NCBI RefSeq assembly: GCF_964355755.1
Contig: NC_092677.1
Location: 12,546,101 to 12,610,100, forward strand
DNA length: 64,000 nucleotides
From: Antedon mediterranea
Taxonomy: Eukaryota > Animalia > Echinodermata
Reading direction: 5' to 3'
Each line of letters begins with the position of its first letter. Position 1 is the first letter of the stretch. This document shows, in pieces, positions 27,756 to 41,000 of the stretch. Under the pieces are notes generated by a model. It worked only from the letters and a program-made list of their open reading frames with translations. It made no database searches and had not been told where the DNA came from. The position numbers and the translations under genes were made by a program.

Positions 27756-29778
27756 TATACTGTAAAAGAGAAAAGAGAAAACAATGTTTTATAGGTTCAA
27801 ATGTAGTTACATTACAAATAAACCCTTATTATATTCCAGTTTAAAAAGTTTTCTTTCTTTCAAATAGCTGATTAGTTTGCAAGACATTCAAAAGAGTTTA
27901 GTAGAGCCATAGCATATTCTCACGGGTATTTGTTGAACTACATGGTTAGGCCATTAAATTAATCTCTGATTGTTTTAACATCTTCACTGCTAACAAATGC
28001 AAAAGGCAAAATATGGGTTAATTTCTATAAAACTGTCAACATGTATTAATTGTAAAGGAATTGCATTATAAGAGAACAAGGGTTGAAATAATGGTTACAT
28101 GTGACTATCAAAGGAATAGATTGAACCTTTATTTCCTTTAGCCTTTAGATTTTGCAAGCCCATAATTATTCCTAGCCCGAACCAACATTATAAAACTGCA
28201 AACTAATACATGAACATAAGGAACATAACACAAATACTAGAGTTGTTTGTACATTATCAAATTCTATCAGCTAACTTTCTCTGGAAAGATGTGTTTTAAA
28301 AAAAACATGGATTTTCTAATGAAACTGATTGTACATTATCAAATTCTATAAGCTATTGTAAACTTACAACATGTAAACCATGAGACAATATTAGGTGGGT
28401 AGGTACTAAATCACGGCTTGCTTGGGTGAGATGATGTGTTTTTCAGCAAGAATGTAGGATCAATCAGGTGATCTATTACAATTTTAGAATCAACAAACAT
28501 CATCTCCCATGTGCCACCTCAGACGCTTGAATAAATAATAAATATTTAGACAATGGAATGTTTTAAAAATGTTAGCCTCAATTATATAACTTTAAGTCAG
28601 TGTTGTGTCCAGCTTTATCGCCCAAACATTGATGTTGGCAGAATAGTGAAAGATAATTATGATATTGTTTGTAACCTACAGCATTTCATGTCTTTGGTTC
28701 AAGTGTAATAGTTATTCTTTTTTTTATCTTCAGCTCAATTTTTTACAAGATGAGCAATGTGCTGTTTCTGTCTTGTGCAATTGTCTGTGTATTTTTACTG
28801 TTTTATTTATATTTTTATAAGATGATATGCCAGTTTTTCAAAGCAAATTTTTTTAAATTTCATTTCAATGGACGAATAAATATGACTATGACTAAATCTA
28901 TTTTTGAAACTAAGATGACATAATGCTTTAGTTATGACAATAAGGAATTGAACCCAGGATAATACACAGCCACAGTGCCACTACAACTACAATAATTAGA
29001 TGGAAAATATGCTTATGGAAAAAAAAAGAAGAAAAAATATCTTGCTGATGATAGAAGCGATATTTGGAACAGATCATCTCACATGCTAGTCCAATATTCG
29101 CTTATCATTATGTCATAACTATACTTCTCCCTTCAAAAAACTTTACTTAAAATAAAACCATGCATTAATGTACTCTTAAGGTTGAGATATAAGCACATAA
29201 AAGAGAGGCCAAGCTCAAACATTTATTTGAAGGGCTCCTCATTATCTTCAATCTTCTTCATCAAGCATCGAAATTAACATTCAAAATTTTCCTTTAATCA
29301 GAGATTTCTAATTAACAGTGCCTTCTGGTAATCAATATTTCTGAAATTACAGACTTAATTAGATATGGCCATGCAACAGAAATTACAGTAGAATCTGTAT
29401 AATGTTTACATAATGAAAACCCATACGCTGAATTTGCGTTACAAAATAGACACAAACAAAATTAAAAGAATTAGAGTGTTTAACCTAACTAACGCTCACA
29501 CTGTCAACCATGGTTCTCCGTCCATTTACTGTATACATTACAGCCAAAATCGTCTTTCTCGCGAATCTTAAAATATTATGTCTTGGTTAATTTAATTAAA
29601 TGTATTCGTAGCTATATAATAGCGACATTAAAGATCATCTCAAGGTTTGACTTAATTTTGCACAATATGTCTATCCTAGACTGTGTGGATTTTGTGGTAC
29701 CGGAAAAGACACATCCTGAAAGTAGAATCAATGTAGATTTGAACCCATCAAAGGTGCACATGGTACAATATTAAGTTA

Positions 29779-30116
29779 TGCACTTGTCAATTGTATGACC
29801 CACTATACGACCCCTGGGAGAGGTGCGTCATTTGTCCGATGTGCGTCATACTTTTGAATACCATGACGCACCCGTGCGTCAAAAAGGTGACTTACCTTTA
29901 GGTGACCATGACGCACCCATTTTGACGCACTGTGACCATGTTGTTTATGATATGGTGGGTGGTAAAGTGACGGACATTGACACACCTTGTTCATTGATGT
30001 GACGTACCATCTAGGTTTTTTGACGCACCCCTGCGTCAGTAATTATTTGTAAATGACGCACCCATGACGCACCTCTCCCGGGGGTTGTATAGTGGGTCAT
30101 ACAATTGACAAGTGCA
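29779..30116. mobile_element. Non-autonomous TIR transposon (338 bp), TTA duplication, superfamily unresolved
   Basis: 53-bp TIR TGCACTTGTCAATTGTATGACCCACTATACRACCCCYGGGAGAGGTGCGTCAT with 2 mismatches. TTA at 29776-29778 and 30117-30119. Many internal TGACGCAC motifs in both orientations. Confidence 0.92.
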
Positions 30117-30660
30117 TTACAATACCATTGCCCCATGACACTAGATAGATCAGAATAATTTCTATTTTTAATTTAATTAGCAATGATTGAAACATTCTTT
30201 CATTAATATATACTTTTTTCAATATTTGATTACATCAATCATTTTTTTCTATTCAATAATTTACAAATTCTCATCATTAATTAGAAATCAAAAGTTATAA
30301 ATATGAAAATATTTTAGTATTTTTAACAAATTCAAATACGCTTTAAAGTATTATTGATAAATAATGGTGTTTTAATACCCAAATGTCATTATAAGTAAAA
30401 CGAGTGGGAGCAAGATAAAACCGTGAGATTATGCGAGACTGTAATGTCCAAATTTAAAAAAGGATTTTTTTTAAAATTCACGAATTAGTTCAATGTATTT
30501 TTTATATCCATTTTAATTAATCAAAAGAAGATCATAAATGTTTAATATTTGACCATGCCATTTCTATTCTACATATATTTGGGAGGTTTTTCATAAAAAG
30601 AGGCAACTCAATGTAAAACCCTCTATTAAGGGGACACCTTGTTTGGTTCTGTGCAACTAA

Positions 30661-31007
30661 AGCCTGGTTTCCATTAAAATCGCTACAGCGTTTCCATTAA
30701 AATCGCTACAGCGTTTCCATTAAAATCGCTACAGCGTTTCCATTAAAATCGCTACAGCGTTTCCATTAAAATCGCTACACGCGCAGATGTCACCGACGCA
30801 ATCGGGAAGGCTCCCCGATTCATCGCAGTCAAATCGGCAAAGTTCAACCATGTTCAACCATGTTCAACTTTGTTGATTGTGTCAGCGATGAATCGTATAC
30901 GCGTACCAAAGAATATTTAGCGCTCGCGTACTAGATCCCCGATAAATTCTAGCGTTTCCATAGAATCGCTACGCTCTGTCGTGTAGCGATTTTATGGAAA
31001 CCAGGCT
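30661..31007. mobile_element. PIF/Harbinger-type MITE with TIR-derived 23-bp tandem repeat
   Basis: TIR AGCCTGGTTTCCAT(T)AAAATCGCTACA, flanked by TAA and TTA. TTTCCATTAAAATCGCTACAGCG occurs five times from 30668 (last copy partial). Confidence 0.9.
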
Positions 31008-31276
31008 TTACAAATTAAATTTGTTATCATAGTCTTCATTTATTTAATTTATGTGAGGGCATATTCCTGTGTGTTAATCTTTTAGATAATCTTTGCCAAA
31101 GTAGAGATTATTCTAGTATATCAGGATGGGTAAAGGATTATTATAAGTGATGATTAATTGAACAAGGTGTTTTAAAATGATTATCTAAATATGATTTTTT
31201 TTTACCTGTCTTTTTCATACCATAATGCAAGAACATATATTCTATGTTTTATTCTTTTGAAACATTTCTTCTAATA

Positions 31277-31437
31277 GAGTCAAATCTCCCAATATCAGAC
31301 ACCTTTTGGCTGGACTAATTTATTGATTTTTTTTTTAGAAATTCGTATTCTAAATGTGTTTCATTAGTATTGCAAGTAAAATTTGGGACATTTAGACGAG
31401 ATTTTTTTCATTTTTCTGGTATTAGGCGAGTCAACTG
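31277..31437. mobile_element. pogo/Tc1-mariner-type MITE (family of 27273-27438)
   Basis: TA|GAGTCAAATCTCCCAATATCAGACACC ... TCTGGTATTAGGCGAGTCAACTG|TA. Confidence 0.75.
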
Positions 31438-32682
31438 TATCACATTTAGTTTTTTTTTCTCTTGCATTCTCCATAAAGTGGAAACAAAGTAAACAATACT
31501 AACAAGAGCAAAAAGGACAATTTTTCTTTCTGTGTGATATATTATTGTTTAGATGGATTAATTAGGGCACTATCATATCATATTTTATATAGCTTTTTTT
31601 GCAATGCTCTAGGTTGTAATAAAAATTATTTTAAAACAACATAATGTTTGAAACACCTGTTCATATTTAATAAATTTCTTTATGCAACATAAACTGATGT
31701 CAAAAATATAAATATGTTAATTTCATACCATATGTTATATTTAACATATTTATTAAAAACTAGAGAAATTATAAATCATGGGAAATATTTAAAAAAAAAC
31801 ATGGTGTCTCATCAACCCAAATGCACTGTAACTATAGTAAATGCACTAAAGGTAGTACGGAGGAGGATTAAACACATGTAAACACGTCTCCTAAATGTGG
31901 AGTGATAATGATACACTACTTTCTCATGATCTATAACATCACACGGAAATGCGAATGGCACAATATTATTCAAATCTTGAGTATGAATAGTCTAAAATCC
32001 ACTATTAAAACATAAGAGTATCGCACATGATGTATAAATATATCATGCAACAAGAAAAATGTATGTATCTTCTAGACTGTTAATTAAATTAGAAATACAT
32101 TTTGAGAACAGTCTTCTTGTTAGATGCTCGCAGATGATTTAAACTCAAAATCAATTTTGGACCTGATGTAATGGCATAACTCGCTTAATGAATCAATTCT
32201 ATCTTACTCTGTTTACCTCTCGAAGGTCTATTAAAATTTTAATAATTAACACATTTCAATAACCATGTAATGTGCACACAAGAATAACATACAAGTTGCA
32301 TGCAATGAAATATATATGGATACTGTTGAGCTTCGATTTAAGCCTATTTATCACATTTTGGTGTAAAATTCCTCCAGTATTACAGGACAATTCTGTAATA
32401 CAGCATCTCAAGTTAGGTATGTGTTATGGTCTATAGATGTGAAACATGTGATACTGTATCCCATTATATTTCTATGATACTGGCCAAATTTAGATATAAT
32501 ACTGAGAATTGGCTAAACTTTTTAAGCATAAAATTTTAAATATCTGGAAATATATGAAAAATATGGATATTTTAAAAACTGTATTATTTATTCTTCCTTA
32601 TCAAAACAAAGGCAAAATTCTCAGAAAACCCTGGGGAAAAAATAAATAAATACCAGTAACTACCAATTGTTTGACTTTCTAA

Positions 32683-33340
32683 GGCCCTGTTCAGACCCAT
32701 GGCGTTAGACCGTTTTAGCGTACGACGCTAAAAGAATGTGTGTCTGAACAGTTGGGGATTAGCGTACAACGCGTCGTACAACGGTTGTAGCGTTTTAGTG
32801 GAAAACGGTTGATAGTACCGTTTTAGCGTACGACACTACTGTAAGTCAACGTTGTGTCCAATCAGAACGTTTCCTGTTATGACGCGAAACAAGGTTTGAC
32901 CTAGGCTGACATCTTGTATCGTCAATGTGTGAGAGATGGATTTCAACAACAAAAAGGCCAGAATAATTAAGGCCTAATTAGGCTACAAATACAACTGTTA
33001 AAAAACACTAGGCTACAAACTACATGTATCAACTGATTACCATTATATTTTCTAACAAATGACATAAATAAATGCACCTTGTATTTAAACATAGTGACTA
33101 CGATACCGTCCCCTTTTAGGCCTAGATAAGAGCCATTCACGCATTTCATTCAAGCTAAAAACTAGCGTGGAACATCAAGTCAATCATATACAAGGCAGAC
33201 TAGACTGGACAAGCTTAATGCTGAAAACCCCTAACGCTATGGGTCTGAACACCTCATTTTTTTCTCTGCGGTTTGGAATGTGACCTTGCAAGTAACGTTG
33301 TACGCTAAAACTGTCTAACGCCATGGGTCTGAACATAGCC
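32683..33340. mobile_element. Non-autonomous PIF/Harbinger transposon (658 bp)
   Basis: About 48-bp TIR GGC..TGTTCAGACCCATGGCGTTAGAC.GTTTTAGCGTAC. Exact TAA duplication (32680-32682, 33341-33343). Internal TIR-like GTCTGAACA and TTAGCGTAC motifs. Confidence 0.93.
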
Positions 33341-35052
33341 TAACAAGTACTTTGTTGAACGTATTAATTACGGTACCTAGATTGGACACCTAAAGAAAAA
33401 ACTTAATAGATCATTGAGAAACATTCTTTTCTGAAGCAAAATTATTAGCATTAATTTAACATTCTAAAATTTAAATATATATTTCCTTTTGCCTTCATAC
33501 TAATAATAAACTAACTGTCTGATGAAAGAATAGTGTTTTTAAAAAGTTCTGCATTTTCTGATTGTTTTCACATTTTCTTTATTCAACTTTTTTTTTTCTC
33601 ATCGAGATCTAGCCACTGTTAACCAAAACATTGTTATTTTTGTCAGTAAATTGCCTTTGGAATTCTAACCTATGTCATTTATAGGTTTTCTATCTATCAA
33701 ATAAAAGGAAGTCCTTTAATTCCCTGTCCCATATAATTTGTATCAGTACATTCGGATGATACATTCCAAGCTTCAACATTCTCCTTTAATATCTAAAATG
33801 CTTTATCTGGTTAACTACTATATCAAATTATCCTAACAAGGAACGACCTACTCACTTCAACACATCAGGTTAGATGACTTCTTTCTCATTTACCTTTTTT
33901 GGAATGCCGTTGCTGAATAACTAATTACTCACAAAAGCCACTCCTTAAAATGAAAATGATATTAATGATTATGGATCTTTGTTTGGTATTCGCAGTTGAT
34001 CTGACGCGTTTTATTCTCACGTTATATAATTGATAACTTGTGTTCTATATTATATTTTAAGGCATTCTAAAGTGGCCATGACCTAAACCGTTATTATTAA
34101 GGTTCCCAATAGTGGAATAACTATAGCTTTAATAATTTAATTTATTTAACTTACTGTTTATTACCAATGCAAAAATGTAGCAATTTAAACATTTACAATT
34201 TATAGTTTAAATATGGAAATAGAAACTTTGGCTGTAAAATTATTAATTATTGTTTATTTTAGATTGCCTATGTGGGATATGGGATATTTTAACTTCTATT
34301 TTTGTTAAATAATTGTAAGACTAAGAAGAAACCATTTCAATTCAATTGCATTTGATTGAGAAGTATCACCATTTTGTTGCTACGTACAGACAACTTCTCT
34401 CAACACTGAATGACCAGAAAATGTTAAAATAGTTTCAAAATGGGGAAAAAGGGAGAAATACTTTGTTATTTAAAATGAATTCTTCAAAAATTAGATTAGA
34501 ATATCTTATCTCCTTGGGTTGTCAGGACATCCATCTAAATACATCCGCTTCTTTATCAACATTAATCAGTTGCCACGGTGATAATAAGTAAAAGAAACTC
34601 ATTGAATCTTGTCTGTTAAAGATATTTTTAAAAACTGGCTAGTCAGTGATTTACATTTTGTTTAATAAAGCTCATCAAGATGAAACATCTTTTTTTCATG
34701 AGTATCTTGGTGTTATTTTTTAATAAATAATCTGAAAAATTTGCATTGGACCAAAATTATAAGATATATTGTCCACCTAAAAATAATTTTTTTACAATTT
34801 TTGTTGTTGAATATTTAATTTCAATGTCACATAACAGTTATTAACTTTAACCAAAAACTAGATCCAAAAAAAAAAGTAATTTAAAGCACAAAATTACCTA
34901 CATAACCTGTCAGACAATGGATTTTGGTTAAAATCAAGCGTTTCTTTTGTCTTTTTTAGAAGTGAAATGATTATTTGTTCATTTTTCTTTCTACAGAAGT
35001 GAACAACTTTCCTATTTAAAATCTGATTTATTAATCTTTATTTTTCAGGTTG

Positions 35053-35081
35053 TTTTTTTTTTTTGGGGGGGGGGGGGGGGG
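35053..35081. repeat. Adjacent T12 and G17 homopolymer runs
   Basis: Read directly from the sequence. Run lengths may be affected by sequencing error. Confidence 0.9.
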
Positions 35082-38000
35082 AGTTGGAGACAGTACATCT
35101 TTAAATGGAACAATCTGGGTGTTAATGCAACAATTTGTCATAAAACAACCAAAATAAACATTCTTCTGTCAAATAGTTGTTCTTGTTTAACACTTAAATG
35201 ATAAAAACAAGCTCAAGATATCGTACATAAACAAACATTAGGTAGGTCAGAATTCCAGACAGTTTGGCCTTGACCACACTGCAAACATTTCACACAGGTA
35301 GGTTCCAACTTTCACCTGTTGACCTCATATCAATAATTAAGTACAATTTAAATATTAATATATCTTTTTTTTCTAATTTTCTTTTACCATGTATCAAAAA
35401 GTTTGTAAATGGCTCGTACAGGCAAAATACGAGTGGTACTGTAACTGACTGACCACATTTTGCACAAGGGGTTCTAAACCAGGACACATTTCAATGTTAA
35501 AACCTACAGGTAAATTTCTAGAAATCTTACCAATCTTCTAACATTGGCAGTTTTCCATATTTCTTTTCATATTTAAAGATGATAATTGATCATAATAAAT
35601 CTATCCTTCCATTTCAACCACAAGTTAATAAATTGTGAGAAGACAAAAGGAAAAGGAACTAAAAGAAAACACCACAATTAATAACACATATTTTCAATCC
35701 ATTAATTACATTAAAATTAAATCAAAAACTATAAATAGTATATAAATACTTTGCAAGATGACTTGGATGTATGACTTTTAGGGATTATATATGATCAATA
35801 TCTTGGGAATTGGTATTAAAATGCCATTGTTAAGAGAATCATTGACCTTCCAAGCAACTAAAAATACTAATGTAAAAAAACTAACAGTAATTGCAGTTAA
35901 AACAACATGATGTATATTTCTTGTAAAATAATAAAAAATCAATGTTTACATTGTTGTCATTGCTTTCCAATTTGACATGAATATATTGATGGCCAGTGGT
36001 CTAAAGGTATGGCATCTACATAATAAAGACAGAAGTTTGACTAAATTGAATCATATTCATCGGATATTATCGATGCTCAGTGGTTTAAATCCGTGCCACC
36101 TGTATATAAAGCAGAAGACACAAGTTCGAGCCTCCGTTGATTGTTGACTGAAAATTAGGATAAATAAGTGAGGGTTAAGATCACACCTAATTAATACCAA
36201 ATTTCATATCAGGCCACTTTTGTTAAGATTTCAGGTGAAAAAAACAATATTTTTGTGTGTGTAAAACTGTTATAATTTATACATGAAGAATAGTTTACAC
36301 GTAACAATATTGTATTGTTAGTGGTGACCCATAAAAAGGGACAATAAATAATAAGTGTATATACGCTTGTATCACATGCGATATTACATCATCGTGTGTT
36401 AACAATTATTAAGAAAAGAGCTTTTTACAAGAAAAATATATTTGAAAATATAGTTAAAGTAATGATTTTTTTAATTCATGAGACTGAATTCATGAGACTG
36501 AAACATAAGGGTGGAGATAGGAAACTAGTAATCAATTCTATTTGGCCTAATATTATAATTACATATTAAATATTTCAGAATACTAATTAAAAATATGGTA
36601 TAAATAAGAATTAATCCAGATTCTTTGGATAATATATTATAATGATGATTTATGAGAGAGAAGAAAAATTAATGGTCTTTGACTCCAAGCAGATCGCAAA
36701 TTCTACTTCTAAATGTACATTTAAAATTGGAATGACTAATTAGACTTTTATTCGTTCTTTCTCTAAAGTAAAAAACATCAGAATTTTTTCAAGTTGTAAT
36801 TACTAGTAATAAAGGCAGCACTGAATTCATAGCGTTCTAATAAGAAAAAATACTGCATATATAACATTAATTTTATGCAGATGTGCATATAGTTATACAG
36901 TGTGTTTAATTTAAGTATTTATATTTCGAACATTCTTTTCAACGTCATAGTAATAATGATCATAATAAAATAAAATTATAGAAATAAAACTTTAAAATGT
37001 AATATGTATTTATTTGTTTACTATAATGTTAACACAGAATACATACCTAATTTGGATGGAAATCGGTATTTAAATTAGGTTTTACATATGTATATGAACA
37101 TTAAAAAAAGAGTTTTGAAAATTACTAAAAACAGGATCAAGATAAATAAGCATGTATGTAAAAACAGCATAACAACTTCACATGTAGTTTCACATGTAAA
37201 TAAGTCATCTGTCTTCTAAGAAAATTAAAGACTGTTACTTTGTTCAACACTAATTTTGCATAACACGGTAAAAAACAGCATTGAAATTCAGTGACAGTCA
37301 CAGAAGATTAAAAATAAGATATATGTTACCATTATGTAAATGACAAGCTTTTTCTTACCTTTGACCAAGGTAGTGTAATTAATCCAATACATAGAAAGTG
37401 AGATAATTCCAGCAGAGAATTAAATGAAATCATTCAGTATAATGAGCAGGTAAGATAGTGGGAGAGCGAGTGAGATACCAAGGAATGCTGACTTCCTTAT
37501 GTCCTTGTTCTAATGCCAATTAAGCAAATCAGAATAAGTTAAACACAGGCCACTCTTTGAAATCATCCCAGGCTAGAACCAACCAGGGGTGTAAAATAAT
37601 GCCTTGATTCAGATGAATAAACACTACCTGCCTTAGGCCGAAGCACCAATTATCACTCTCTGGTACAATCACGCCGTTCCCCAATCAGAAGCGTTGCATT
37701 TATTTACATTTGCTAACACCCAGAACTGGAATAATGGCATCATCATTACCTTCTTGTTGATTTTGTTTCTACCGTTCTAATCATATGCAAATCAAATTGC
37801 TTCCACTATTTAATCAACAATTATCTTTTAGCTAGGCTTACATTATCTTACGATGGCAACCTGGGTATACATTACACTTTCTTTTTACAATTTGCATTCA
37901 ATTTTTTTTCCCCGACTATCAATTATAAAGACTCCTAGCAATCTCTAATTATAAATACAATTACTTTCCTAGATAAACATAATTATCTTGAAATCTTTAT

Positions 38001-41000
38001 TCTAGTTTCCACCATTCAACTGAAATATTGTGTATACTGTAAAAATAGAAAATAATTTCAGTTTAATGAAGCCATGATCTGTGATTAGGTTTAGATTAGA
38101 TATAATACCTTTTTTTTCCTTAGAGTAAACATTTTTGTAACTTTGGACATGAAATGTTGTAATTTATACATTTCTATCTACCATTTCTACCAACAATAAA
38201 TAAATACTGGACTACTGCAATTAATACAAAAGAACTAGAACTGAAAGGAAAATTAAAACAGAGACAAATAGATTTAAATTATCTTGGAAGTTTGCAACAT
38301 ATCGAAAAAGACCCAGGTGATACAAGGTTAGGTCGCGTTTAATGACTTGTTGATTTCTTAGTCACCATAGATATAATCTTAACGAAGTAAAATTAAGCAA
38401 TTAATGGAAGGTCATCTCATGTCCAGATGGCTATTTACCTACTGTACAGTTATTGTATTTATTAGACCATTAGGTCATGTTAATACCTAAAATATGTTTT
38501 ATATGTTAGTTGTTACTGATTGAAATTGTATCCAAAATTTACAGCGACATAAAATTATCAAGTCAATTTTCCCGAAACACCCAGAAAGCCATAAGCCCAC
38601 CCAAGACCCTTACAAACACCATATTCTTTCAAATGCATTATAAAAATGACTTTTCAGAAATTAAACTGATTATTTATATACAAATTATTGTGGGCTAACC
38701 AGCTAATTGGCTAGTCTTTAGAGAGAATTGCTTCTCCAAAAAAATGTTGTTAAAATTATTGAGTCACTCCATTAATGCATGCAAGAACTAAACTCTTTTT
38801 TTTTTATTCCTCACCATTCAAATAATATTGTCTAATTTGTTTCTTTACAATATTGTCACCTTTGTGTCTCTACAATATTGTCTAATCTCTACTCAAACTT
38901 TGATTTTAACCAAATAAACGAAATTAAACAGTTTTGCTGTACTTGCCTATAAATGTTATCGTCCAAAAATGTGCACATACACAAGAACCTTCCTCAGCTA
39001 CTGGGTCTGTTTATGAGAATGCAATTATAACTGTACATAGTTAGTTTACTCGGAATAAACCCTATTGTTCCTTCACCCCACTTTAAACTAAATCAATGGT
39101 TAATGAAAACTAGAAAGACAATTAAAGTGTTGGACAATTGGAACAATTGTTTGTATTTTAACCTTTATTATTTAAGATCGTTTCTTTCATTAGAGGGATT
39201 AAGCTATTGTTCCTAACAAGGATCAGTGGAAGGATTGGGACTACAGTTAACTTAATTTGCATATGTAAATCAGTTGGGTTGCAATTGATTAATGCATCGT
39301 TCATTTTAATGGCAATCATCTGCGCATGAATGATGTTTCTTGCGTTTCCACTGTTTAAAAATGTCTATGTGTATAAAGTGAGGATACACATTGAACAAAA
39401 TGTATATACCAAAAATAATATCAAGGTGTAGGAAAAGAATGTTTGACCTTGTACCAATTTTTTAATCACCATAAAGGACAATTTACACAGATGAGCGGTA
39501 ATGGTAGTAAAATGATAGAATCTATGTTATTTTATATAAATAAGCCATATAGGAATCCAATATTTGGAACTGGCTAAGCGATAACAAATTAAAGGAATGT
39601 TATGGTTTCTTATGAAAAGGAATACTGAAACCTGGTCTTAACATAAACTGGATGACCACACCCAGAACAAACAAACACATAGATCTATATTATATATATC
39701 TTTTTCAATTGCGGAAAATTCTTAGTAAAAGTTGTAATAATATTGTAAACATATTGTAAGATAATTAATAAAAAAAACTTATATTTATATTTTTTGTAAA
39801 GATTGTTTGACCATATTTATTATCACGTTTTGTTTCATAAAAACCACAGAGCCTACAGTAGTGATACTTTTTCACACAAAGTAAAAAAGTAATTACCTTT
39901 GAATGAGTAATTACTTTTTCATAATCCATCATCATCGCTGGAATTTATATGCCATGTCATAGGTCATAGACAATAAAGGTATTTTGCCTTCCAGCTACAA
40001 TCTTTGGGCGTAACATACAAATGACTAGATCTATAGTTGTATAGTAAAATTGTATCAGATCCATTCTATTGCCAAGCAAATTCAATTTGTAATGTATGTG
40101 TACTTTAAAAAGTGAGGGCTGGCTCACCGATGGTCCTATAAAAAGTGGCCGTATAAATTCCTTTTTTATATACAAGTTTTAATAGATTGAGTGTATTAAT
40201 GTCTAGACTAGTAATTGTCTTCCATGTTTTAACTATCCGTTTGCAACAGTTCAACTTGCTGCATGGGTGATACAACTAGCTAGCGAACCTGGTAAAAATG
40301 CCTGGATTAAGCGTTTTCTCTCTGGGGCTGGAAAAGCTACGAAGTTAAATAGCTTTAGCAGGCAGAGATCATGCAACTACCTAATTAAATACAGACCAAA
40401 ACCGCTAATTTGCATTTGAAAAACAACTATAATGCTGAGGACCTACTCAAACTATTTAGTCTGTGTCAACTCTCACACTTGATTAACTCTCATTTGCATA
40501 TGTAAATGTGTTAATTAAATGGTGTCATTGTCGCAATCAATAGATATCTGTACAGCTGCTTTTTCATGTTGTTAATTTGTGTTAATCACTTTAAAAAAAA
40601 ATTAATGTGTGACCAAGAAGAATATATAGTAGATAGATTTAAAGGGTAATGTATAATGTGTAGACACAAGGACCACTCCTATATTTAGTATGTTGGCTTT
40701 ATTCTAGTTATAAATGCTAATAATAGAATAGAATGAAGTATACAAAAGCTTAGTCAATGGTTAATCTTCAACAAACATCTTTGATTGAAATGTGATTTTT
40801 CATTTTGTAAATCATTAAATAGACCTATGGTTTTCAGTTTTTCAGTGAAGAAGCATGAGGGCAGGCTTACCTAGCCTCAATATCTTCCAACCAGTCAAAA
40901 TCTTTTTCACCTGAATTCTCCACCCCTATCCTAGCCTAATCTCTTCCAGCTATCTTCCATCACGACACACCTAGTTTTATTCTCTTCCCCCTAGCCTACA

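Noticed and set aside
35990-36135. tRNA-like A/B boxes (also near 15336, 26520 and 45433)
   Set aside because: No cloverleaf or acceptor stem can be built. These are best explained as decayed SINE heads.
40870-40910. Minus-strand peptide EKDFDWLEDIEA with TAG|gtaagc donor
   Set aside because: The acceptor is purine-rich and an in-frame stop lies shortly upstream.
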